From the IMG/VR virus record IMGVR_UViG_3300032046_000022, positions 3,261 to 67,260 of that record: a stretch of DNA of 64,000 nt. One strand, 5' to 3'. Every line of letters begins with the position of its first letter. Position 1 is the first letter of the stretch. Source of the stretch: a virus. Under the pieces are notes generated by a model. The model was given only the letters and a program-made list of their open reading frames with translations. It had not been told where the DNA came from and did no database searches. The position numbers were made by a program, and so were the translations under genes. Positions 19,616 to 27,227 of the stretch are shown piece after piece.

Positions 19616-19870
19616 ATGCCTTTGCTTAGAAACATGACGGATGCTCAGGTGATTGAACGGATCAGCGGTTTGGTTCGGTATGTCAGTAATTGGGTCGACG
19701 GTGAATTGGTGCTTAATGGTTTCGACGGCGCGTATAAAATCGACATCGAAGTAAAAGTGCAGGGAAAGAAAAACGTTGAGCATCTTCGCATGCTGGGTGG
19801 TGTTCTCCAGGAGATCAGTCTGATGATCGACCGGCGTGAGGGATTTCAGCCGAGCGAAGAAGAACTATAA
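19616..19870 (+). CDS. Small hypothetical protein
   Basis: GGAG RBS after ribozyme 6. Confidence 0.6.
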   Translation: MPLLRNMTDAQVIERISGLVRYVSNWVDGELVLNGFDGAYKIDIEVKVQGKKNVEHLRMLGGVLQEISLMIDRREGFQPSEEEL

Positions 19871-19875
19871 GTATA

Positions 19876-19948
19876 GCAGAGTGTGACCGGCGCTCAATGC
19901 CGGTCTTAATGCGCCGACTCAAGGTGGGTCGACCGGTCACAAGTCCGG
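19876..19948 (+). ncRNA. Twister ribozyme 7
   Basis: Same core, P3 CGACTCA/TGGGTCG. Confidence 0.85.
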
Positions 19949-19971
19949 ATTTTGAAATTGGAGACAAGAAG

Positions 19972-20373
19972 ATGGCGACAATTATAGTTGAGTGCGATGC
20001 TTGCGGAACCAAGAACAAGATCGAGGATAGCAAAGCACAGACGGCGCGCTGTGGGCGTTGCCGGAATCCGTTGTTGGACGCGGTCCAAGAACAGCTTGGT
20101 CTTTTTGACGATGACGAAGACGAAGACGAAGACGAAGACGAAGACGAAGACGAAGACGCCGCTGGCGCTTCTCAGCCGCTGGGCAAGATCTTTGCCGGCG
20201 GGACGCTCCCTCATGGGACGAAGTTCACCGGCGCTCAGCCGACGGCGGCGGATGTGATGATGGATTTGTTTGGCGCTTCTGGTCTGAATACTCTGTGCAA
20301 GATTCCGTGCAAGGATTGCGGGCGGATGTTTATCGGACCAGTGACTCAGACGCTGTGCGCGAATTGTGAGTAG
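19972..20373 (+). CDS. Zn-ribbon protein with acidic (DE)n linker
   Basis: CDACGTKN...CGRC; DEDEDE tract; CKDCG...CANC. Confidence 0.65.
   Translation: MATIIVECDACGTKNKIEDSKAQTARCGRCRNPLLDAVQEQLGLFDDDEDEDEDEDEDEDEDAAGASQPLGKIFAGGTLPHGTKFTGAQPTAADVMMDLFGASGLNTLCKIPCKDCGRMFIGPVTQTLCANCE
20113..20157 (+). repeat. (GACGAA)7 coding microsatellite
   Basis: Seven perfect hexamers plus GAC. Confidence 0.95.
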
Positions 20374-20506
20374 AGCGTGCCGGCGCAGAAGGCCGGTGTG
20401 TGTTATGTTTGTGGGAAGATGAAAGAAAAGAAGATGGCGACATCGGCTATGCGCAACTTCTGCGCTCTCCGGTTGGCCAAGAATATGTTTGGTTCTGCTT
20501 AGTTTT

Positions 20507-20579
20507 GCAGAGTGGGACCGGCGCTCAATGCCGGTCTTAATGTGCCGACTCAAGGTGGGTCGACCGGTCACAAGTCCGG
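20507..20579 (+). ncRNA. Twister ribozyme 8
   Basis: Same core, TAATGT variant giving G-U in P2. Confidence 0.8.
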
Positions 20580-20594
20580 AAAATGGAGACGAAG

Positions 20595-21107
20595 ATGCAT
20601 TTTGTAATAGGAGAGTCTGTGCAGTTTAGAGGCCGGCAGGGAAAGGTTGTTCTTGGCGTGGTGTTCTCAGCAAATAGATGTCGCTCCAAATATATGGTTC
20701 GAGCGGGGTCGGGCAAAGTTTATAACGTTCCGGATCGGATGCTTGAATCTGTTCTTGGTGTGAGTGGCGCTGAAGCCGAGAAGATGGTGACGGCTGGTCT
20801 TGATTTTATGGATCGGCGTGCTGAGTTATTCAGGGCGAGTCGTAAGCGAATGGGCGAGTGCATGAAGGATCGCACTGACAAGCTGCGCTCCGGAATGGCT
20901 GTGCAAGTTTATTCGCTCGGGAAATGGAGCCGGACAGAGATCGTTCGCGTTCTTCCGGAAGTTGGCAAGGTTACAGTTCTGAATCCAGCAGCGATTCTGT
21001 ATCATCGTGAGCGGATAGATTCGGCTCTCGACGGTCTGATTTCCAGATTGATGAAGAAACGGAGAGACACCATCACGGTGCTTGCGAATAGAATCTGTGT
21101 GATGTAG
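20595..21107 (+). CDS. Hypothetical protein with two SH3/KOW-like beta domains
   Basis: FVIGESVQF...GVV and LRSGMAVQV patterns; GGAG RBS. Confidence 0.55.
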   Translation: MHFVIGESVQFRGRQGKVVLGVVFSANRCRSKYMVRAGSGKVYNVPDRMLESVLGVSGAEAEKMVTAGLDFMDRRAELFRASRKRMGECMKDRTDKLRSGMAVQVYSLGKWSRTEIVRVLPEVGKVTVLNPAAILYHRERIDSALDGLISRLMKKRRDTITVLANRICVM

Positions 21108-21180
21108 CAGAGTGGGACCGGTGCTCGACGCCGGTCTTAATGCGCTGCGCTCATGGTGAGCGCACCGGTCACAAGTCCGG
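21107..21180 (+). ncRNA. Twister ribozyme 9
   Basis: Identical to copies 2 and 6. Confidence 0.85.
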
Positions 21181-21191
21181 AGGAGACTAAC

Positions 21192-21476
21192 ATGAAGTCA
21201 GTGGCAAAAGGCTACACACGAGCTGAATTCGAGCGCGTGGAGTTGGACGGCTGTGAGTTTGATATTGTCGTGGATTATGCGGCGGCGTGTGTGGATGATT
21301 TTGACATTATCGAAGTGAAATCCGTGGGCGGTTATGGCGTGCCGTGCTCTCTGCGGGGTCTCAAGATCGGAGAGCCGCTCGAGCGATGGGTGGACCGCCA
21401 TCACGCTGGTGTGATTATTGAACTGGCCCAGAACCATCTTGCCGAGCACAGAGAAGACTGGCGATGGGATTCCTAG
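21192..21476 (+). CDS. Small acidic hypothetical protein
   Basis: GGAGGAG RBS after ribozyme 9. Confidence 0.6.
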   Translation: MKSVAKGYTRAEFERVELDGCEFDIVVDYAAACVDDFDIIEVKSVGGYGVPCSLRGLKIGEPLERWVDRHHAGVIIELAQNHLAEHREDWRWDS

Positions 21477-21546
21477 CAGAGTGGACCGGTGTTGAGTGCC
21501 GGTCTAATGCGCCGACTCAAGGTGGGTCGACCGGTCACAAGTCCGG
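21476..21546 (+). ncRNA. Twister ribozyme 10
   Basis: Same core, P1 GACCGGT/GCCGGTC, P3 as in copy 7. Confidence 0.85.
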
Positions 21547-21554
21547 AGGAGACT

Positions 21555-21980
21555 ATGGAAACAGAAAAGTTGAACACGGTGAAATCTCTTTTCGATGTTT
21601 TGAGTCAACTTTTTACGATGCTCGAAATCAAGGTCGATGTGCGAGTGAATTCTGACGACGCAGTCGAAATCGACGGCTGGCTTTGGGCGTATGTCGATAA
21701 GATGACAGAGAGAACGAATGTTATTGGTGGCGTGCGCACGAATTTGTTGTTCGATTGTTTTGTGATTGGTGTTACGAAATATTCGTCGGCCACGCGCTGG
21801 TGTCCGGAAGAATTGGACAGAGCTGAATTGGACAGAGTTCACGGTTCGTATAATGCTGCAAAACGAATGGCTTCGCTGTATTTCGAAAGCAGGGTCGACG
21901 GCGCGCTCGAGCAAGTTGAGTTTGGTCAGTCCGAGATGGATAAGATTGAGATTAAAAAAGCGCTTGATGAGCTACTGTGA
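21555..21980 (+). CDS. Hypothetical protein
   Basis: GGAGGAG RBS after ribozyme 10. Confidence 0.6.
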   Translation: METEKLNTVKSLFDVLSQLFTMLEIKVDVRVNSDDAVEIDGWLWAYVDKMTERTNVIGGVRTNLLFDCFVIGVTKYSSATRWCPEELDRAELDRVHGSYNAAKRMASLYFESRVDGALEQVEFGQSEMDKIEIKKALDELL

Positions 21981-21993
21981 TGAGGGCGCTTAG

Positions 21994-22128
21994 AGGAATA
22001 GAAGGATGCTTGCGGAAAATCCTGATTTGGTTATTGCGTTCCATAGTAATATATCAGCATCAAAAGGAACGCAGAACTGTATCAGCCAAGCGGCGGCGCT
22101 TAGAATCGTGGTCGAGATTATTGAATAG
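21994..22128 (+). pseudogene. C-terminal fragment of a SLOG/DUF2493-like gene
   Basis: RNRRMLAENPDLVIAFHSNISASKGTQNCISQA...VEIIE*, preceded in frame by TAG. Confidence 0.5.
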
Positions 22129-22197
22129 CAGAGTGGAGGCTCCAGCAGATCATCTTCTGCTGTCCTTTAATGCGCTTAGAGCCGGTCACAAGTCCGG
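22128..22197 (+). ncRNA. Twister ribozyme 11 (no P3)
   Basis: GCAGAGTG-P1 (CAGCAGA/TCTGCTG)-TAATGCGCT-TAGA-GCCGGTCACAAGTCCGGC. Confidence 0.8.
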
Positions 22198-22370
22198 CCA
22201 GCAAGTGTGGGCGAACGCGGGCCAAATCCGCAATCGCCAAATCGCTGTCTCCAACAGCGCATTCCGGTGACTGAGCAGGAACATCGGGAAATCGCGTCGA
22301 TTTCAAGGCTCGCGCTTCACCGCGCCGCCATTTCCTGCTCACAAATGCGCTTGTAGAAAAGGAGACTAAA

Positions 22371-22913
22371 ATGGTGAGTGCGACATTTGTGGGTTGTTTC
22401 AAGATTTTGCGGGAAGGTTTGCGTCGCGAGTTGACTCAGCGGGGCCATTTGGTCACGCATTATTTCGAGTCGATGGATGGGCAACCGCTCGCTCTCAATT
22501 TCCAGAATAGCGCAGATGACACAATCACTGTGTTCTGGGGACCGAAGAACAATCGACACAAGCTGGTTGATCCAGACTCGAAGATGCTGGCTGATGCAAT
22601 CGAAAAATCTCTTGACGAAAAGGTTCAGCCTCCGCCGGCGATAAAAAGATCGTCACCGCAACAAGCCGCTGCGCCAAAACAGAAACCGCAACAAGCCGCT
22701 GCGCCAAAACAGAAACCGCAAGGTGGTGTTTTTGTAACAGATGCTGATTATGCCGAGCTGCAGAGATTGCGCTCGATGGCCAATCACGGCGTTTGGATCG
22801 GCAATGCTGTTTATGCCGCGATGAAGGAAGAGATGCGCATCGGCTATGTCCCGATGGAAGCGCGGCAGAAAATAAACACTTCATTTGATAGGTTATGGAG
22901 GATGATGGCGTGA
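22371..22913 (+). CDS. Hypothetical protein with a 10-aa tandem repeat
   Basis: AAGGAG RBS; PQQAAAPKQK x2. Confidence 0.6.
   Translation: MVSATFVGCFKILREGLRRELTQRGHLVTHYFESMDGQPLALNFQNSADDTITVFWGPKNNRHKLVDPDSKMLADAIEKSLDEKVQPPPAIKRSSPQQAAAPKQKPQQAAAPKQKPQGGVFVTDADYAELQRLRSMANHGVWIGNAVYAAMKEEMRIGYVPMEARQKINTSFDRLWRMMA
22655..22721 (+). repeat. 30-bp tandem duplication
   Basis: ACCGCAACAAGCCGCTGCGCCAAAACAGAA x2 plus a partial copy. Confidence 0.9.
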
Positions 22914-24658
22914 TATTAACCTATGATTCTGAGGCGAATATTTTCAAGTTGGAGTCGGCTTACGAAGATAGGGAGATTCCGAAAGCCGCGAATTTTATTT
23001 GGAACAGACTTGTCGAAAAACACTGGGCGACGCAAGATCTCTCGAAGGCGAGAATGCTCGCCCAGTATGCTGATTCGGCTTGTCAAGTTGTACTGAAGGC
23101 CGCGCTGGAAAAACAGGCGGCGATTTTAGAGTTGTCCTCCGCTACATCTGCAGACCTTTCGATTCCTGCTCCTGATGGCCTGGAGTATTATGGCTTTCAG
23201 AAGGCAGGAGTTGCATTCGCTTTGGAGAAGAAGCGCGTTCTGATCGCTGACGAAATGGGTCTTGGTAAGACGATTCAGGTTATTGGCGTTATTAACGCGC
23301 TTCAGACGATTCGGAAAGTTCTCATAATTACCAAGGCATCACTGCGCCTGAATTGGCTTGGCGAAGTCCGCCGTTGGCTTACGAGGAGCCTGTCAGTGGA
23401 ATTGGCGTACAGCGCGATCTGGCCAGTGGCAGATATCATCATTATAAATTATGATATTCTTGTGCGCCACAAAGCGCAGATTGACGCTGTGGATTGGGAT
23501 CTGCTCGTGATGGACGAGTCCCATCTTATCAAGAATCCGAAGGCGCAGCGCACTGCAATGGTTCTGGGGCGCGTTCCTAAAAAACCTGACGAGCCGAAGG
23601 TGTCGGCGATTCGCGCTCGATATGCGATAGCGACAACGGGATCACCAATCGAAAATAGTCCGATCGAGATTTTCGGGATTCTGCGCTATTTGGATGCGCG
23701 GTCGTGGCCGAGTTTTTGGAGTTTTGTCCAGCGCTATTGCGATGCGCACAATGATGGATATGGCTGGGATTTTTCTGGTGCAAGTAATAAGGAGGAGTTG
23801 CAGCGCAAGCTGCGAGAGACGGTCATGATTCGCCGGTTGAAGCGCGACGTTCTCAAGGATCTGCCGGAAAAGCAATATCAAGTGATAGAGATTCCGGTCG
23901 AAGACAGCGGTTTGAAAAAATTTCTTGCGGAAGAATTGAGCGAGTGGAATAGGAAGACTGCCGAATTGCAGACGCTGCGCGAAGCGGTCAAGGCTGCAAA
24001 ACTGGCTGGAAACGAAGATGCCTATCGCCAGCTGGTGGCCGCGCTCGCTGAGGGTTTGAAAGTGAAGTTTGAAGAATTCAGCGAGAAACGCCACGAAACG
24101 GGCGTGCGAAAATTGCCGTATGTGATAGATTATTTGCAGGAAATTATGGAAGAGGAACCGCACAAGGCGCTTGTCTTCGGACATCATCGCGACGTTCTCG
24201 AGCGGCTCCATCGCGAATTCAAAAATTCGCTTCTGATTCACGGTGGCATTCAACCAGATAAGAGGCAAGCAATAGTCGACCGGTTTCAAACTGACGAAAG
24301 TGTGGGTCTGTTTTTTGGCTCGATTGGAGCGGCTGGTGCCGGTCTGAATATGACGGCGGCGAGTCATGTGATTTTTGTAGAAGAAGATGTGGTTCCAGAG
24401 CGCATTCGGCAAGCCGAAGATCGCGCTCACCGAATTGGTCAAAAGAATTCAGTTCTGGTGACTCACCTTGTGCTCGAAGGTTCTCTGGATGCGCATCTCG
24501 CCAAGATTGCGGCTGGGAAAGCAGCCAATATCGAGGTGATTCTGGGGACCAATAACAGCCAATTTGAGCTAATCGAAACCGGTTTGTGGGGAAACCTATG
24601 CGCCGATCCTAAAAAACCCAGCCTTGCCCAGCAGGAGCGTGATGTATGCCCATTTTGA
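22895..24658 (+). CDS. SNF2-family (HARP/SMARCAL1-like) helicase
   Basis: LIADEMGLGKT, DESH, TGSP, QAEDRAHRIGQ. Confidence 0.92.
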   Translation: MEDDGVILTYDSEANIFKLESAYEDREIPKAANFIWNRLVEKHWATQDLSKARMLAQYADSACQVVLKAALEKQAAILELSSATSADLSIPAPDGLEYYGFQKAGVAFALEKKRVLIADEMGLGKTIQVIGVINALQTIRKVLIITKASLRLNWLGEVRRWLTRSLSVELAYSAIWPVADIIIINYDILVRHKAQIDAVDWDLLVMDESHLIKNPKAQRTAMVLGRVPKKPDEPKVSAIRARYAIATTGSPIENSPIEIFGILRYLDARSWPSFWSFVQRYCDAHNDGYGWDFSGASNKEELQRKLRETVMIRRLKRDVLKDLPEKQYQVIEIPVEDSGLKKFLAEELSEWNRKTAELQTLREAVKAAKLAGNEDAYRQLVAALAEGLKVKFEEFSEKRHETGVRKLPYVIDYLQEIMEEEPHKALVFGHHRDVLERLHREFKNSLLIHGGIQPDKRQAIVDRFQTDESVGLFFGSIGAAGAGLNMTAASHVIFVEEDVVPERIRQAEDRAHRIGQKNSVLVTHLVLEGSLDAHLAKIAAGKAANIEVILGTNNSQFELIETGLWGNLCADPKKPSLAQQERDVCPF

Positions 24659-25009
24659 ATAGGTCTAGAACGCTTTCCGGCAAGCGCCGAAAGCCTAAAA
24701 TTCAGTCTTGCCGGCGCTCGTCGGCCGCAACCAAGTCGGCTCAGCCGTTGGTTCAAAAAATCTACGGAAAAAGGGAGTCTCCGCCTCGGCCATACGAAGG
24801 GATGGTGCCGGCTCAACTCGGAGCGCTTGGTCCGAATGTTGCATTTTACTTTCCGGAAGGACATCAGTTTCTCACTGGGGTTGTGATTTACAATGGCTCC
24901 GGAAATACGTTTTGTCGGCTCCGCTGCATAAAGCCACTTGCCACAACAGAGTCGATCGAAGAGCTGACTCTGTGCTCGAGTTCTTGGGTTATGGTCAAAC
25001 GGGAGGATT

Positions 25010-25495
25010 ATGATGCGCAAAAGGAGAAAGATGCCAGAGTTTCAAGTTCAAAAATATGCCGAGAATCTGGCATGGAAGGCTTTCCTGAAAAGTAAAGATC
25101 CGGCGCTCGAGTTGCAGGATTTTCTTCAGGAGGCGCGGATGGTTTTGATTAAAGCGGCGCGTGAATATAACTTTGATCGCGGCGCGAAACTGAGCAGCTA
25201 TTCCATCGCCAAGCTGATTGGTCGATTCAAACATATGGAGCGTGAGTTTCGACATCTGCCGCAAACTATCGCCGTGGATCAGTTGCCGGAGGTCAGCAAG
25301 GTGCCTGATAATTTCTGGCTGCGCGTGGTCGACGTGCTGGCGTCGAAAGGAAACGAAAAGGCGAAGGCGCTGCTGCGGACGCTTTTGAATCACTATCGCA
25401 ATTTGAGTCGATGCTCGCTCGCGGACTTGCAACGAGTTTCCGGAATGAGTGATAAGGATATGCGCGCCGCTCTGTTCCAGCTTTCGAGATATTGA
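25010..25495 (+). CDS. Phage sigma-70-like factor (region 2)
   Basis: LQDFLQEARMVLIKAAREYNFDRGAKLSSY resembles sigma region 2; C-terminal HTH. Confidence 0.7.
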   Translation: MMRKRRKMPEFQVQKYAENLAWKAFLKSKDPALELQDFLQEARMVLIKAAREYNFDRGAKLSSYSIAKLIGRFKHMEREFRHLPQTIAVDQLPEVSKVPDNFWLRVVDVLASKGNEKAKALLRTLLNHYRNLSRCSLADLQRVSGMSDKDMRAALFQLSRY

Positions 25496-25522
25496 AAAGA
25501 TTTTTCGCCAAACCATTTTATT

Positions 25523-25533
25523 TGGGGATAATA
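25523..25533 (+). promoter_or_regulatory. TGGGGATAATA promoter motif, copy 2
   Basis: GATAAT ends 7 nt before ATG 25539, which has no RBS, suggesting a leaderless mRNA. Confidence 0.55.
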
Positions 25534-25538
25534 ATAAC

Positions 25539-26189
25539 ATGGGCGTTCAAAAGATAAGTTGTTGCATGTGCGCAAAAAACTTTAACACTCCAGAGCATGT
25601 GAACTCTGGCAAGATTTTTATACCATCCATGGTTTGTAAGGATTGTTATGAGCGGCTGGCTCGCGATCCGCACATGTGCTTTGGCAAACAGCATCCGAAA
25701 GGACTCCCGCTCGCGGACTTGAGCGAGGAACAGTGTGCGCGGTGTCAGGATTATAAGGTGTGTGTGAAGTGGCCCCAAAACCTAGTTGTTTGGATTCCAC
25801 CAGCAGAAGAAGGAGACTCTGAAATGGCTGACAAGAACAAGAAGAAGGAAAAGAAGACTCCGCCGCCGGAAGCGGCTGGAAAGAAGAAGCCGGTGGCTGC
25901 TGCAACCGGAAAGAAGAAGCCGGCGGTGACGGCGAAAGAGAAAAAGCCGTTTGTGAAGTTTGCGGAGGATCTGCAATTTCGCGACGGGACGAGCATTGTG
26001 GTGGTCATGAAGGCGCTCACAGCGAAACCGGAGATCACTTTGGAAGAGCTGTGCAAGACGATCGAGGCCTCCGGCGTGAAGTCCGACAACGTCAGAGCCA
26101 GGGCGCTGAAGGGATTTTCCTACATGAAGGATCGCGGACTCATGGGCAAGAAGATCGAAGACGACAAGATCATCTTCTACAAAAAGTGA
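25539..26189 (+). CDS. Cys-rich + Lys-rich + winged-helix-like DNA-binding protein (internal start 25824)
   Basis: CxxC motifs; GKKKP repeats; AGGAG RBS before internal ATG. Confidence 0.55.
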   Translation: MGVQKISCCMCAKNFNTPEHVNSGKIFIPSMVCKDCYERLARDPHMCFGKQHPKGLPLADLSEEQCARCQDYKVCVKWPQNLVVWIPPAEEGDSEMADKNKKKEKKTPPPEAAGKKKPVAAATGKKKPAVTAKEKKPFVKFAEDLQFRDGTSIVVVMKALTAKPEITLEELCKTIEASGVKSDNVRARALKGFSYMKDRGLMGKKIEDDKIIFYKK

Positions 26190-26209
26190 CGCTCGCCGGT
26201 CCTCTCTTG

Positions 26210-26250
26210 AATGGGCGCGATTCTATTTGTTCGAGTCGTGCCCATTTTTG
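26210..26250 (+). terminator. Rho-independent terminator
   Basis: AATGGGCGCGATTC/GAGTCGTGCCCATT stem plus T run. Confidence 0.7.
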
Positions 26251-26267
26251 CTTATAGGAGATTTGCC

Positions 26268-27227
26268 GTGTATATTCTTGGTGCGGGGATGGCTGGCTGC
26301 TTGGCTGGTGTTTTGAATAGTGATGCCATTCTGCTCGAACAGGCTCCCTCCAAAGGAGAAATTCCAACCCACAAGGCTCTGCTTCGTTTCCGCTCTGATA
26401 AGATCGGGAAAATATGCGCTATCAATTTCGACAAAGTGGCAGTGAAAAAGTCCATCTATTATGATGGCCGCGAATACCGGACGCCGGATTTGCGGCTTGT
26501 CAATCTGTATTCGAAAAAGGTGGCTGGCGGCTATTATGCGCGATCCATCTTGGACTTGAGCGATGTGGAGCGCTATATTGCGCCGGAAGGTTTTCACGAG
26601 ATGCTTTTGAAGCGCTGCGCTGGGCGCATTCATTACGGCTGCTCGGTGACGGCGCTGAATCGGGAAGTGATACGGCTGGCAGACACTCGTGATCCGGTGG
26701 AGCGCGTGGGAGAGCCTGTGATTTCCACTTTGCCGATGCCGATTATGTGCAAGATTGTTGGGCGGGATCATGCTGTGGAGTTCTGGCAGGAATATATAAA
26801 TGTGATCAGATACCGCGTGAAAAACTGCAATATCTACCAGACCATGTATTATCCAGATCCGTCGATTGCGATATATCGTGCCTCAGTCTTGCGCGATCTG
26901 CTCATTATTGAAGCTGTGAAGAACGCGCCGAACGATGAGGCGGCGGACCAGCTTGTTTTCGAAAGTCTGGGAATAAGGAAAAGCGATGTCGAGCTGATGG
27001 ACTATTCAAAACAGATGGGCAAAATCGCGCCGGTGCCGGAGGACTTTCGAAAGGACACCATCCTAAACTTGACAATAAGATTTGGCGTGTATTCGCTTGG
27101 CAGGTTCAGCTGCTGGCGAAACGTTCTGCTGGACGACGTATATGATGATGCGCTCAAGATAAGAAGTTTCATCGACCGGCCGATGTATGATGTCGTGCTG
27201 GCCTCGCACGAAGGAGGAGTCGCGTGA
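26268..27227 (+). CDS. FAD-dependent Rossmann oxidoreductase
   Basis: ILGAGMAG, ISTLPM, YSLGRFSCW. Confidence 0.8.
   Translation: MYILGAGMAGCLAGVLNSDAILLEQAPSKGEIPTHKALLRFRSDKIGKICAINFDKVAVKKSIYYDGREYRTPDLRLVNLYSKKVAGGYYARSILDLSDVERYIAPEGFHEMLLKRCAGRIHYGCSVTALNREVIRLADTRDPVERVGEPVISTLPMPIMCKIVGRDHAVEFWQEYINVIRYRVKNCNIYQTMYYPDPSIAIYRASVLRDLLIIEAVKNAPNDEAADQLVFESLGIRKSDVELMDYSKQMGKIAPVPEDFRKDTILNLTIRFGVYSLGRFSCWRNVLLDDVYDDALKIRSFIDRPMYDVVLASHEGGVA

Noticed and set aside
17122-21555. Shared N-terminal peptide MVSAPVTSP(E) in several ORF-track proteins as a protein motif
   Set aside because: It is a translation of the ribozyme P3/P4 sequence; real starts follow the downstream RBS
16457-22197. 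Repeats as a CRISPR array or integron attC sites
   Set aside because: Intervening sequences are whole genes of 200-740 bp; no cas or integrase gene; no attC RYYYAAC/GTTRRRY cores; the conserved bases fit a twister core
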